A DNA stretch of 64,000 nt from Anaerolineae bacterium (GTDB taxonomy: Bacteria; Chloroflexota; Anaerolineae; UBA1429), in contig JAXGON010000003.1 in NCBI GenBank assembly GCA_040767425.1, positions 22,440-86,439 on the forward strand, written 5' to 3'. Made by a program: the position numbers and the translations under genes. Every line of letters starts with the position of its first letter. Within the stretch, counting starts at the first letter, position 1. This document shows positions 48,317 through 58,109 of the stretch, one piece after another. Below the pieces are notes generated by a model. That model was not told where the DNA came from, made no database searches, and worked only from the letters and a program-made list of their open reading frames with translations.

Positions 48317-49540
48317 CTCATGTTCTTATCTGAAAGTCGGGGCACACTGTTCTCTCAAATGAAAACGTCACCGGGGAGCAGCATGAGACCACAGGGTTGG
48401 ACCTGAAGCAACGTCTGAACGAATCCAACAAAGCGCTATGCACTGAAGACTGAAGAGGGCTTTACGCTTCATCATACACCCGCTCCTCACACCGAATCGG
48501 ATACGACGTCTGAACGGCAAGTTCCCGACCTCAGCCGACGCAGGAAAGAGCGAGGTGCACGTTCGCCACGATCCTGAAGTAGACGAGGTGCGCATCGTCT
48601 ACCGGGCTTACGACGGCGCCCAAGCGCACCCGCCGCGGACTATGCCGGAAGCATCCAGGCACAGCCACGGCATCTCGTCGTAACCCGCCCTGCAGTGAAG
48701 CAGGTCGGATCGCGGGCCATCAGCGTCTCGGATATCGTGCGGCGCGGGCATCCTGCAACGGGTCCGACAGGCAGCCACGGCGTCAGCGCCGTCCCATAGG
48801 CCAGCGCCGGTTAGGAGGGTCCCGCCAAGGGCGTCCTGGGTGTCCACCCCGGGGCATCGAGGTGGACTGATCTGCACCCGCCGCCGAAAGCGGGCGGGCA
48901 CCGCCAGACCTTGCATCTCGTGGACGTCGCCAGCGGCTGGATGAATGGGCCAGGTGCGACGCAGCTATCTTGTGATGCAGGATGAGTTTTAGCGGTGTGC
49001 CCGGCGTTTGCCTTTCTCCGAAGAATCCGGACAATGGCGGCAATCCGCCAGCCCATGAATACATCAAAGCGCTCCCATCTGGTCCAGTTCTGGTTGGGGA
49101 TCATCTTCACCGGCGAAGCCCAGCTCAGGCGTCCAGCCGCCCCGATGGCAAAAGAACGACAACCGCTTCGTCGAGCACGCAACGGGTTCGATCCAGAGGT
49201 GAACGGGATCGCGACTCCGGCCGAGCAGGCCCGAGCCAGCCGAGATCCGCCGATCATATCTTCAGCCGGCATGACACACAAGACCTATGACCGTGAGACT
49301 CAAGTGACGTCGCGGGGCGTTTCCAGCGTGCGGCGGGCCGGAGCGCAGAGGATCACGCAGCGCCTCTACGACCAACCGATCCGCTAACATTACGCCAGCA
49401 GCACAGGAGGACGTCCGCTCTTGTGAAGCTGCCGGGTCACAGCAGATGGAGCGATGCACGTGTGTACTACTACGATCATCCGTTACACCTCACGGCGAAA
49501 GGAGGAGGCCTCTCTCCGGTGACGTTATCAAACCGAGGCC
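48317..49540 (+). mobile_element. Degenerate insertion sequence with a DDE/rve integrase-core transposase (SRPxxKNDNxxVE type)
   Basis: Ordered fragments across frames: IRRLNG, PEVDE, QTLHLVDVASGW (48905-48940), RSYLVMQD (48960-48983), PDNG (49027-49038), HLVQFW, QKNDNRFVE (49149-49175), RLYDQ, KGGG..PVTLS. Inverted repeats 48360-48378 and 49512-49530 match at 17 of 19. Confidence 0.8.
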
Positions 49541-49562
49541 TTCTAGCGTGCACGTCTGGCGG
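49541..49562 (+). repeat. Right flanking direct repeat of the IS
   Basis: Matches 48296-48316. Confidence 0.7.
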
Positions 49563-49615
49563 ACACGCAACGTCAACGTCCCTCGCGACGCTTAGCAGAG
49601 GCTGTGGGGGCGTCT

Positions 49616-49822
49616 ATGATACCGCTGCAACGGGACCTCTACGGCCAGGCCGAGGCTTGGTCCACTCAATCGGAGCTAATGGTGCGCCACATCTATGCCT
49701 ACATGCGCGCCATGGAGACGTGGCGCTATGAGCGGCTGCCCATCGACGAGGGACGCCCTATGATGCCCGATCCCACTATGGCCACGCCGCTGGAGCCTGC
49801 CTATCCCGGGGATGACGACTAG
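49616..49822 (+). CDS. Small hypothetical protein (68 aa)
   Basis: Host-like GC3-rich codons and a G-rich SD-like region upstream. No recognisable motif. Confidence 0.4.
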   Translation: MIPLQRDLYGQAEAWSTQSELMVRHIYAYMRAMETWRYERLPIDEGRPMMPDPTMATPLEPAYPGDDD

Positions 49823-49883
49823 CCGAATCAGCAGACGAGAGGACCCGACGACGGGGGCGAGCGTGGCCCTTCGCCTCTGTTCC

Positions 49884-49912
49884 TTGACGCCCACCCCCAC
49901 CGCGGCTATGGT
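49884..49912 (+). promoter_or_regulatory. Sigma70 promoter of the GH38-sulfatase-GH51 operon
   Basis: TTGACG-N17-TATGGT. Confidence 0.55.
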
Positions 49913-49953
49913 GTCCCAAACGTCAATCGCCACATTCCTGGGGGAACGCCATC

Positions 49954-52674
49954 ATGGCCAAAGCGCCTCGCCGTTGTCACTATGTCGTGAGCACGCACTG
50001 GGACCGCGAATGGTACCAGACCTTTCAGGGCTTTCGCTTTCGCCTCGTCAAGCTGATGGACCGCGTCCTCGAGGGCTGGCGCGACGGCCGGCTGAAGGGC
50101 CCCTTCCAGACCGACGGCCAGGCAGTGCTATTGGAGGACTATCTCGAGATCCGCCCAGAGCGCCGCGATGAACTGATGGAGCGCGCTCAAGAGGGCAAGC
50201 TGGTCATCGGCCCCTGGTACGCCATGCCGGATGAATTCCTGGTCTCGGGCGAATCCTTGGTGCGGAACCTGCGCCTGGGCCGAGAGGTAGCCCGCTCCCT
50301 CGGCGGCGAGCCCAGTTGCGCCGGCTTTGCCTGCGACCTCTTTGGGCACAACAGCCAGTTGCCCCAGATCTATGCCGGATTCGACATCGTGGCCGCCCTG
50401 ATCTGGCGCGGCCTGAACACCTGGGATCACCGCAACCTGCTCTGGGAGGGCGCTGATGGCACCGTCCTGCCCACCTACCGCTTTGGCCACGTGGGCTATT
50501 GCACCTATGCCATCGACGTGCGCGGCTGCCGTGACAAGGCCGGCTGCGTCGATCTCAAGGCGCTCAATGGCAGGCTGGATAGCTTTTTGCAGTGGACGGC
50601 AGAGTGCTCCGACGTGGATCCGCTGCTGCTCTTTGACGGGTGCGACCACATGGAGTGGGACCCCGTCACCTACCAAGCAATCGTCGACCGCATGGCGCCG
50701 GACGCACCAGACGACGGCTTCCAGATCGTCCATACTAGCCTCGACGAGTTCTGCCGCGAGATGGCCGCCCAGGCCGATCGCATCCAGACCCGCGTGGTCG
50801 GCGAGCTGCGCGAGCCCGCCCGCTGGACCGAGGAACGCGACAACCAGTGGCTGATTCCGGGCGTGCTCTCCAGCCGGGTGTGGATCAAACAGGAGAACGC
50901 GGCCTGCGAGACCCTGCTGACTCGCTGGACCGAGCCCATGGGCGTGCTGGCCCACCTGGCGTTGGGCCGTGACTACCCCAAGGGCTATCTCGACGTCGCC
51001 TGGCGCTGGCTGCTGCGCAACCACCCCCACGACTCCATCTGCGGTTGCAGCATCGACCAGGTCCACGAGGATATGAAGTTCCGCTTTAGCCAGTGTCGCG
51101 GGATCTGCCAAGAGGTCACCCGCGACGTTGAGCGCCGCATCGCCGCCAACGTGGGCGAGCCGGTGGTCCCCGAGACCCTGCGCGTCACCCTCTTTAACGG
51201 CGCCCAGGTGCCGGTGGACGAATCCGTCGAGGTGATCCTGGAGATCCCCTCCGATTGGCCTACGTTCAACGAGTTCTTTGGCTTTGAGCCCAAGCCAGCC
51301 TTTCGCATCTATGACGCGGAGGGCAACGAGGTGCCCTATCAGCGGCTCCACCAGACCATGAAGCAGCCGGCTACCCGACTCCTCGACACGGGGTCCATCC
51401 AGGGCTATCAGACCCATCACGTGCGCGTGAGCTTGCCGGCACGCATCCCGGCATTTGGCTATACGACGTATACGGTGCTCCCTGGCAAGCATGGCGAGCG
51501 CACCCGGCATCCTGCCGTGCCCGGCCTAGCCACCAGCGAGCGCTCTATGGAGAATGAGCACCTGGCCGTAACGATCGAGAGTAACGGCACCCTGACCCTC
51601 ACCGACAAGCGCACCGGCCAGCGCTATGAGCGGCTGCTCACCTTTAAGGACACGGCCGATATCGGCGACGGGTGGTACCACGGCGTGGCTGTCAACGACG
51701 AGACCTATGTCTCCACAGCCTCCCCCGCCGCCGTGGCCCTGGTGCACGACGGCCCCATGCTGACCACGTTCCGCGTGCGCACCAGCATGTCGGTGCCGGC
51801 GGCCTTCCAGTTCGATGGCATGATCCGCTCCGATCAGCGCACCGACCTAGTCATCGACAGCCTGATCTCGCTCCGCCCGGGGGCGGCGCACCTAGAGGTG
51901 GAGACCACCGTCCACAACAACGCCCTCGATCACCGGCTCCGCGTCCTGCTGCCCAGCGGCGCCCAGACCGACACCTACCTGGCCGACACGCCCTATGACG
52001 TGGTCGAGCGCCCCATCGCCCTCCGGGCCGATAACCACCTATATCGCGAGCTAGAGGTCGAGACCAAGCCGCAACGCACCTGGTCGGCCGTGGCCGACGC
52101 CGTCCGCGGCCTGGCCGTCATCAGCGCGGGCCTGCTGGAGACAGCCGTGCGTGACCTGCCCGAGCGCCCCTTGGCCCTGACCCTGTTCCGCGCCACCCGC
52201 ACCACCGTGGGCACCGCCGGTGAGCCCAATGGCCAGCTCCAGGGGACGCTCCAGTTTCGCTACTGGATCGTCCCGCTGGATGGCCAACCGCGCAGCGCCG
52301 AGGCCCGCATGGCCCTCTACGCCCTGGCCAACCGGCTGGCCTGTGGCGTGCACGCCGCCCAGCTGCAAGCCCTGGATGGCGAGCAGCTCCGCGAGCGGGG
52401 TGGGCTGCCCGCCAGCGGCGCGTTGATGGCCGTCAAGGGGCCGGTGGTCGTCACCGCCACCGAGATGCGTGGCGATGCCCTCGAGATCCGGGCGTTCAAC
52501 CCGGGCAGCGAGCCGGCGCAGGCCACCTATCGGCTCACAAGCGATGCCCCGTTCACGTCCGCCCAGCCGGTCAACCTGGAGAGCACGCCCCAGGGCGAGC
52601 CGCAGCCCATCGTAGATGGCGCGGTGACCGCCGAGTTTGGTCCCAAGCAGATCGTGACGTTGCGGTTGAGCTAG
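49954..52674 (+). CDS. Glycoside hydrolase family 38 (alpha-mannosidase/MngB-like)
   Basis: STHWDREWY, DGQ, IGPWY..PDEFLVSGESLVRNL, DLFGH, NHPHDSICGCS, DHRLRV. Confidence 0.92.
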   Translation: MAKAPRRCHYVVSTHWDREWYQTFQGFRFRLVKLMDRVLEGWRDGRLKGPFQTDGQAVLLEDYLEIRPERRDELMERAQEGKLVIGPWYAMPDEFLVSGESLVRNLRLGREVARSLGGEPSCAGFACDLFGHNSQLPQIYAGFDIVAALIWRGLNTWDHRNLLWEGADGTVLPTYRFGHVGYCTYAIDVRGCRDKAGCVDLKALNGRLDSFLQWTAECSDVDPLLLFDGCDHMEWDPVTYQAIVDRMAPDAPDDGFQIVHTSLDEFCREMAAQADRIQTRVVGELREPARWTEERDNQWLIPGVLSSRVWIKQENAACETLLTRWTEPMGVLAHLALGRDYPKGYLDVAWRWLLRNHPHDSICGCSIDQVHEDMKFRFSQCRGICQEVTRDVERRIAANVGEPVVPETLRVTLFNGAQVPVDESVEVILEIPSDWPTFNEFFGFEPKPAFRIYDAEGNEVPYQRLHQTMKQPATRLLDTGSIQGYQTHHVRVSLPARIPAFGYTTYTVLPGKHGERTRHPAVPGLATSERSMENEHLAVTIESNGTLTLTDKRTGQRYERLLTFKDTADIGDGWYHGVAVNDETYVSTASPAAVALVHDGPMLTTFRVRTSMSVPAAFQFDGMIRSDQRTDLVIDSLISLRPGAAHLEVETTVHNNALDHRLRVLLPSGAQTDTYLADTPYDVVERPIALRADNHLYRELEVETKPQRTWSAVADAVRGLAVISAGLLETAVRDLPERPLALTLFRATRTTVGTAGEPNGQLQGTLQFRYWIVPLDGQPRSAEARMALYALANRLACGVHAAQLQALDGEQLRERGGLPASGALMAVKGPVVVTATEMRGDALEIRAFNPGSEPAQATYRLTSDAPFTSAQPVNLESTPQGEPQPIVDGAVTAEFGPKQIVTLRLS

Positions 52675-52713
52675 CCGTCGTTCCTGATAGCCCTTGCCAA
52701 CAAAGGAGTATCC

Positions 52714-54204
52714 ATGCCACGCCCCAACATCTTGCTGTTCTTTACCGATCAGCAGCGCGCCGACACGATCCATGCCGGCGGCAACCCGGTCATCCGCACG
52801 CCTAACCTGGATCGCTTGGCGCGGGAGGGCGTCCGCTTTAGCAGCGCTTATACGCCCAGCCCGGTCTGCGTGTCGGCCCGCTGCTCCATGATCCACGGCC
52901 AGTACGCTCACAACACCGGCTGCGCATTCAACGGCGACGCCATGCCCACCGACCGCCCCAGCTTTATGCAGGTGCTCACTGACGCCGGCTATCGAACCCA
53001 TGGCATCGGCAAGATGCACTTTACGCCCGATTCCCAAGCCCTGCGCGGCTGGCAGACCCGCGAGCACCAGGAAGAGATCCGTCGCAGCGTGGACGAGGAC
53101 GACTATCTCAAATTCCTGCGGAGCAAAGGCTACAGCCACGTCTACGATCCCATGGGACAGCGCGGCGAGATGTACTATATGCCGCAGCTCGCCCAGATGC
53201 CCGCCGAGTACCACGCGACCCATTGGGTGGGGGATCGCTCCATCGCCTTTATCCGCGAGCAGGAGCGGAGCGACCAGCCTTGGCTGCTCATGTCCAGCTA
53301 CATTCATCCCCACCCGCCCTTTTCGCCGCCTACACCGTGGAACAAGCTCTACCGGGCGCCGCTGATGCCCCTGCCCAAGATGCCGCAGCAGTACGAAGCC
53401 TTTTGGACCTATATGAACCGCGTGCAGAACCGTTACAAGTATCGCGATAACGGGTTTGACTATAACATGCTGCGCTGCTTGAAGGCGTTCTACTATGCCT
53501 GCATCTCGTTCATCGATTACCAGGTCGGCCGCATCCTGCAGGCGCTCGAGGAGACTGGTCAGCTTGACAACACCCTGATCCTCTACACCTCGGATCACGG
53601 CGAGTTCTTGGGCGACTATGGCTGCTTTGGCAAGCGCAGCATGCTCAACGCCGCCTGCAACGTCCCCATGCTAGCCCGCTTCCCACAACGCTTTGCCCAG
53701 GGCGCCGTCTGCAACACCCCCACCAGCTTGGTGGACATCATGCCAACCATGCTGGCGGCCGCCGACGTGCAGCGGGATGATCTCGCGCTCGACGGCGTCG
53801 ACCTGGCCGAGATCGCCCAAGAGGGCTCTGACACGCTGCTCGGTCAGCGTACCGTCTATAGCCAGTACCAGCATCGTGACGTCGGCGTCTACATGGCGTT
53901 GACCCGCCGCTGGAAGTATTTCTACTCGGCGCCCGACCGCCGCGAGTGGCTGATCGACCGCGAACAGGATCCCAACGAGCTCCGCAGTCAGGCCGGGCTG
54001 GTGTTCCGCCACAGCGCCGTATCCGAGATGCGCGACAACCTGTGGTCATTCTACCGCTCCCAGGGCTTTGAGGAACCGCTGGACGGCAACGCCTGGCGTA
54101 CCTACCCGCAGCCGAGCGTGCCGGAAGATCCCGACGGCGGCCTACTGATCCAGGATCCACCTTGGGCGGCACCGTATCAGCGTATCCCGGGCTACACCGA
54201 ATAG
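52714..54204 (+). CDS. Sulfatase (choline-sulfatase-like), Cys-type
   Basis: PNILLFFTDQQR, PVCVSARCS, GKMHF, HPHPP, TSDHGE. Confidence 0.9.
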   Translation: MPRPNILLFFTDQQRADTIHAGGNPVIRTPNLDRLAREGVRFSSAYTPSPVCVSARCSMIHGQYAHNTGCAFNGDAMPTDRPSFMQVLTDAGYRTHGIGKMHFTPDSQALRGWQTREHQEEIRRSVDEDDYLKFLRSKGYSHVYDPMGQRGEMYYMPQLAQMPAEYHATHWVGDRSIAFIREQERSDQPWLLMSSYIHPHPPFSPPTPWNKLYRAPLMPLPKMPQQYEAFWTYMNRVQNRYKYRDNGFDYNMLRCLKAFYYACISFIDYQVGRILQALEETGQLDNTLILYTSDHGEFLGDYGCFGKRSMLNAACNVPMLARFPQRFAQGAVCNTPTSLVDIMPTMLAAADVQRDDLALDGVDLAEIAQEGSDTLLGQRTVYSQYQHRDVGVYMALTRRWKYFYSAPDRREWLIDREQDPNELRSQAGLVFRHSAVSEMRDNLWSFYRSQGFEEPLDGNAWRTYPQPSVPEDPDGGLLIQDPPWAAPYQRIPGYTE

Positions 54205-54238
54205 ATCCGTCGTCATACCGCGTACAAGGAGCTAGGCT

Positions 54239-55741
54239 ATGGCAAGGGCACGTCTAGTCGTCATCCCCGATGAGATAATCGGGACCATCAACCCCAACAT
54301 CTATGGGCATTTCGCCGAGCACCTGGGCGGCTGCATCTATGAGGGCATCTGGGTGGGTGAGGACTCGCCCATCCCCAACCGCGACGGCATTCGGCTGGAT
54401 GTAGTGGATGCGTTGCGACGCATCCACCCGCCAATAGTCCGCTGGCCCGGCGGCTGCTTTGCTGACGACTACCACTGGCGCGACGGCATCGGCCCGCGCG
54501 AGGATCGTCCCCGCACCCTCAACATCTGGTGGGATGACGTCGAGAGCAACCAGTTCGGCACCCACGAGTTCGTCCGCTTTTGCCGAATGATCGGCGCCGA
54601 GCCGTACATCTGCGGCAATGTGGGCTCGGGATCCCCCCGCGAGCTGCGCGACTGGGTCGAGTACTGCAACTATCCCGGGGGCACCACGCTATCTGACCTG
54701 CGCGCCGCCAACGGCGACCGCCAGCCGTTCGACGTCCGTTACTGGGGCGTGGGGAACGAGAGCTGGGGTTGCGGCGGTGCGTTCACGCCCGAAGAGTATG
54801 CGGCCGCTTACCGCCGTTTCGCCACCTATCTACGACCTCTCCAGCGTGATCCCATGACCCTGATCGCCAGTGGCCCGCTGGCCAACGACCAGGACTATTC
54901 CCGGCGTTTCCTCAAGCAGGTCGTCCGAACCTGCCCGCCGCAACGTGGCTTGCCCTTTGAGGGCTATGCCGCCCACTACTATTGTGGGACGGCAGGCAGC
55001 GCCACCGAGTATACCGAGGGCCAGTGGTACCACCTGCTAGCCCGCTCGCTCGAGATGGAGGCCTTGGTACGCCAGCAACGCGCCATCCTGGATAGTTACG
55101 ACCCTGAGCGCAAGGTCGGGCTGATCGTGGACGAGTGGGGCGCCTGGCATCCGGTCCAGGACGGGACCAACCCACGCCATCTCTTTCAACAGAACACCCA
55201 GCGCGATGCCTTGGTGGCTGCCTTGACGTTGGATGTCTTTAACCGGCACGCCGACAAGGTAGTGATGTCCAACATCGCCCAGACCATCAATGTGCTCCAA
55301 GCCATGATCCTCACCGATGGCGCGCGCATGCTCACCACGCCCACCTACCATGTGTACGCCATGTACGCCGCCCACCAGGGCGGCCAGGCGGTGCGCGTTC
55401 TGGTCGACTCGGAGCGTATCGACTGGATCGACGCCGAAGGAGGCGCCAGCGGTGAGATCACCCAAGTCGCCGGCTCCGCCTCGATTCGGGACGGCGCCCT
55501 CACCGTGAGCCTCGTCAACACGCACGCGGCAGAGCCGGTGGACGTCTCCCTAGCGCTCTATGGCGCCGATGGCACCATGGAGACCCGCACCACGTTGGCG
55601 AGCGGTGACATCCATGCCCACAATACCTTTGACGCCCCCACGCGCGTGGCTCCCCGCGTCGAGCATCCCGACGTCGCTGCTGACGGTGCGACGGTGACCC
55701 TGCCACCCGCCTCGGTGACGACGCTGACCATCGCCCTCTAG
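54239..55741 (+). CDS. abfA: Alpha-L-arabinofuranosidase, GH51
   Basis: YGHFAEHLG, RWPGGCFAD, FGTHEF, WGVGNE, VDEWGAW, AQTINVLQ. Confidence 0.93.
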   Translation: MARARLVVIPDEIIGTINPNIYGHFAEHLGGCIYEGIWVGEDSPIPNRDGIRLDVVDALRRIHPPIVRWPGGCFADDYHWRDGIGPREDRPRTLNIWWDDVESNQFGTHEFVRFCRMIGAEPYICGNVGSGSPRELRDWVEYCNYPGGTTLSDLRAANGDRQPFDVRYWGVGNESWGCGGAFTPEEYAAAYRRFATYLRPLQRDPMTLIASGPLANDQDYSRRFLKQVVRTCPPQRGLPFEGYAAHYYCGTAGSATEYTEGQWYHLLARSLEMEALVRQQRAILDSYDPERKVGLIVDEWGAWHPVQDGTNPRHLFQQNTQRDALVAALTLDVFNRHADKVVMSNIAQTINVLQAMILTDGARMLTTPTYHVYAMYAAHQGGQAVRVLVDSERIDWIDAEGGASGEITQVAGSASIRDGALTVSLVNTHAAEPVDVSLALYGADGTMETRTTLASGDIHAHNTFDAPTRVAPRVEHPDVAADGATVTLPPASVTTLTIAL

Positions 55742-55753
55742 ATCGCACGACAA

Positions 55754-55788
55754 AACGCCCCCGGCCTGGAAAAGAGGTCGGGGGCGTT
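55754..55788. terminator. Hairpin terminator between convergent genes
   Basis: AACGCCCCCGGCCT-GGAAAAG-AGGTCGGGGGCGTT, preceded by an A-run. Confidence 0.75.
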
Positions 55789-55808
55789 CTCATCTCGCAG
55801 AGATCGGC

Positions 55809-56951
55809 TCAGCCTACCATCGCCCTCCACGCCGGCACCCGCAAGAACCAGATCCGGTTGCTATCGTGGTAGCTGTGCGCCCCACGATAGGCTACCCGCA
55901 CCGCCGCCAGGATGTCGTCGCCCTCAAAGGCCCAGTCCACGTATTGAAAGCCCGTGAGACGGAGCGAGTCCTCCCCTTGCAGGCCCGAGTCGTCCTCCAG
56001 CAGGTAGCGCACCACCTGCCACTGCCGCAGGTCGCGAGAGGCGCACAGCGCCAGACGGTTGCGTTGCGCGGGCCAGCCTGGCTCCGAGTTGGGGTTACTC
56101 AGCGTCACGTAGCGGTCGGTCACGGCATCATAGCGCACAGTAAACTTGGTCATGCCTCCGGGAAAGCTGACGAACCCCTCGCCCGGATCGAACGTCAGGC
56201 GACGCCCCTCATCCTCCACCCGCACCATCGCGGCCACGTCTACCTGCGGCGCGCTATGAAACCGCAGCAGATCGACCATACGCCCGTCGCGATCCAGCAC
56301 CACGTTGCCCTCCAGCCAGCCTGGCCGCTCCAACGCCCCCCACTCGGCGGGCAGCCAGGTCGGGTCAAAGGCCAGCTTGTTACTCATGCGCCAGTTGGCG
56401 GCGTCCAGCAGGTCGGCATCGGCGTCGGCCGAGATCACCAGCGCCTGAAAGCCGGTCCCCCACTGGCAGGGCGTGCAGTCCTCAAAGGCCCGATAGAGCC
56501 GGCCCTCGTGCTGCAGCACCGGCACCGGCGCGCAATGATAGTTGGGCGGCTCGTGGCCCACACCCCCCGAGAAGAGTAGCCCACTGGCGCCGTCGGCGGG
56601 GTGAGTCCAGGTATACCCGCCATCCTCGCTACGCCGGATGCAGATGCTCCCATACTGCTGCGAGCACCCCAGCAGATAGAGCGCGCCCCCGTGGACGAAC
56701 AGGCTGCTCCAGAAGGCGCCGGCGATATGGGTCACATAGCGCCAGGTGCGCCCGTCATCTTCGGAACGATACACCGTGGTGAGATGCTCTTCCGCCTCAT
56801 GATTCTTGGGACAGCCCGGCCCAAAGTAGTCATGCGTCACCACCAGCGCCCCGTCCGGCGCCCGGATGATGCTGGGGCTGCCCAGATACGTGCGCGTGCG
56901 CGGATCCTGATACGCGACCTCAACCGGGCATGGCGAGTATTCGGCTCCCAT
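55809..56951 (-). CDS. Cytoplasmic Asp-box/sialidase-family protein
   Basis: YLGSPSI, SEDDGRTW, SEDGGYTW, WLEGN, FQYVDW, YHDSN. No signal peptide. Confidence 0.8.
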   Translation of the reverse strand: MGAEYSPCPVEVAYQDPRTRTYLGSPSIIRAPDGALVVTHDYFGPGCPKNHEAEEHLTTVYRSEDDGRTWRYVTHIAGAFWSSLFVHGGALYLLGCSQQYGSICIRRSEDGGYTWTHPADGASGLLFSGGVGHEPPNYHCAPVPVLQHEGRLYRAFEDCTPCQWGTGFQALVISADADADLLDAANWRMSNKLAFDPTWLPAEWGALERPGWLEGNVVLDRDGRMVDLLRFHSAPQVDVAAMVRVEDEGRRLTFDPGEGFVSFPGGMTKFTVRYDAVTDRYVTLSNPNSEPGWPAQRNRLALCASRDLRQWQVVRYLLEDDSGLQGEDSLRLTGFQYVDWAFEGDDILAAVRVAYRGAHSYHDSNRIWFLRVPAWRAMVG

Positions 56952-56953
56952 CG

Positions 56954-57919
56954 TCAGAGCGTCACGTCGTTGACCACGTTCTGGAGCCTGCCCTGCTGAA
57001 AGGCGCGTACGTTCTCGACGGCAGTGCCCATCAGCCGACGCCGCGCCGACGCCGTCGCCCAGGCGATATGCGGCGTGATGTAGCAGTTCTTGGCGGTGAG
57101 CAGCGGGTTATCCGGCAACGCTGGCTCGACGCTCAGCACATCTAGCCCCGCCCCCGCGATGCGGCCCTCGTTCAGGGCCTCAGCCAGGGCCGGCTCATCC
57201 ACCAGAGGCCCGCGGCTCGTATTGATCAGAAAGGCCGTTGGTTTCATCAGGGCCAGGCGATCGGCGTTCATCAACTTTTCGGTCTCGGGTGTCAATGGGC
57301 AATGCAGCGTCACCACGTCGCTTTCGCGCAAAAGCGTGTCCAGATCCACCATGGCGATCTCGGGGTCGCCCGAGTCCTCCACATAGGCGTCGTGGGCGAT
57401 CACCCGCATGCCGTAGGCTTGGCCGATGACGGCCGACTGCCGCCCGATGCGGCCATAGCCCACCACGCCCAGCGTCAGGTCCATCAGCTCAATCAGCGGG
57501 AAATCCCAGTAGCACCAGTCATCGGACTCGGCCCAGCGCCCAGCCTTGACCGTCTCCGCGTGATAGGCCACGTGCTGCGTGAGGTTCAGGATGTGAGCAA
57601 AGGCCATCTGCGCCACCGATTGGGTTCCATAGGTCGGCACGTTGCAGACCGGGATACCCCGCTCGGCGGCCGCTTCCACGTCAACGATGTTGTACCCCGT
57701 CGCCAGCACGCCGATGAACCGCAGGTCAGGCAACTGCTCCAACGTCTCACGGCTGAGCGGCACCTTGTTCACCAGCACCACCTGGGCGCCCTGGGCCCGC
57801 GCCACGATTTGGTCCTCGGGTGTGCGTGGGTATACGGTGGTCTCGCCCAGGGCCTCCAGCCCCTCCCAAGAGAGGTCGCCCGGGTTCAAGGTGTGACCAT
57901 CCAGGACAACGATTTTCAT
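56954..57919 (-). CDS. hprA: D-2-hydroxyacid dehydrogenase (glycerate dehydrogenase/hydroxypyruvate reductase-like)
   Basis: MKIVVLDGHTLNPGDLSW, ATGYN, GYGRIG, LHCPLT, INTSRG, TPHIAW. Confidence 0.88.
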   Translation of the reverse strand: MKIVVLDGHTLNPGDLSWEGLEALGETTVYPRTPEDQIVARAQGAQVVLVNKVPLSRETLEQLPDLRFIGVLATGYNIVDVEAAAERGIPVCNVPTYGTQSVAQMAFAHILNLTQHVAYHAETVKAGRWAESDDWCYWDFPLIELMDLTLGVVGYGRIGRQSAVIGQAYGMRVIAHDAYVEDSGDPEIAMVDLDTLLRESDVVTLHCPLTPETEKLMNADRLALMKPTAFLINTSRGPLVDEPALAEALNEGRIAGAGLDVLSVEPALPDNPLLTAKNCYITPHIAWATASARRRLMGTAVENVRAFQQGRLQNVVNDVTL

Positions 57920-58109
57920 CCTAGTTGCCTCCTTTGCCGCGCGACGGTGTCGCGCCCTCACTCGACACCGCTCTATGGTACCAGTCCCCAGGCCCGCTGC
58001 CAAGCGCCGCCATAGGCCAAGCCACGATCGGCCCTGTCGAGCTTGCGCAACGCCCAGCCCGTCGGTAGACTAGCCTCGATCAGAGGTCATCCCAAGACAG
58101 GAGCTGTTG

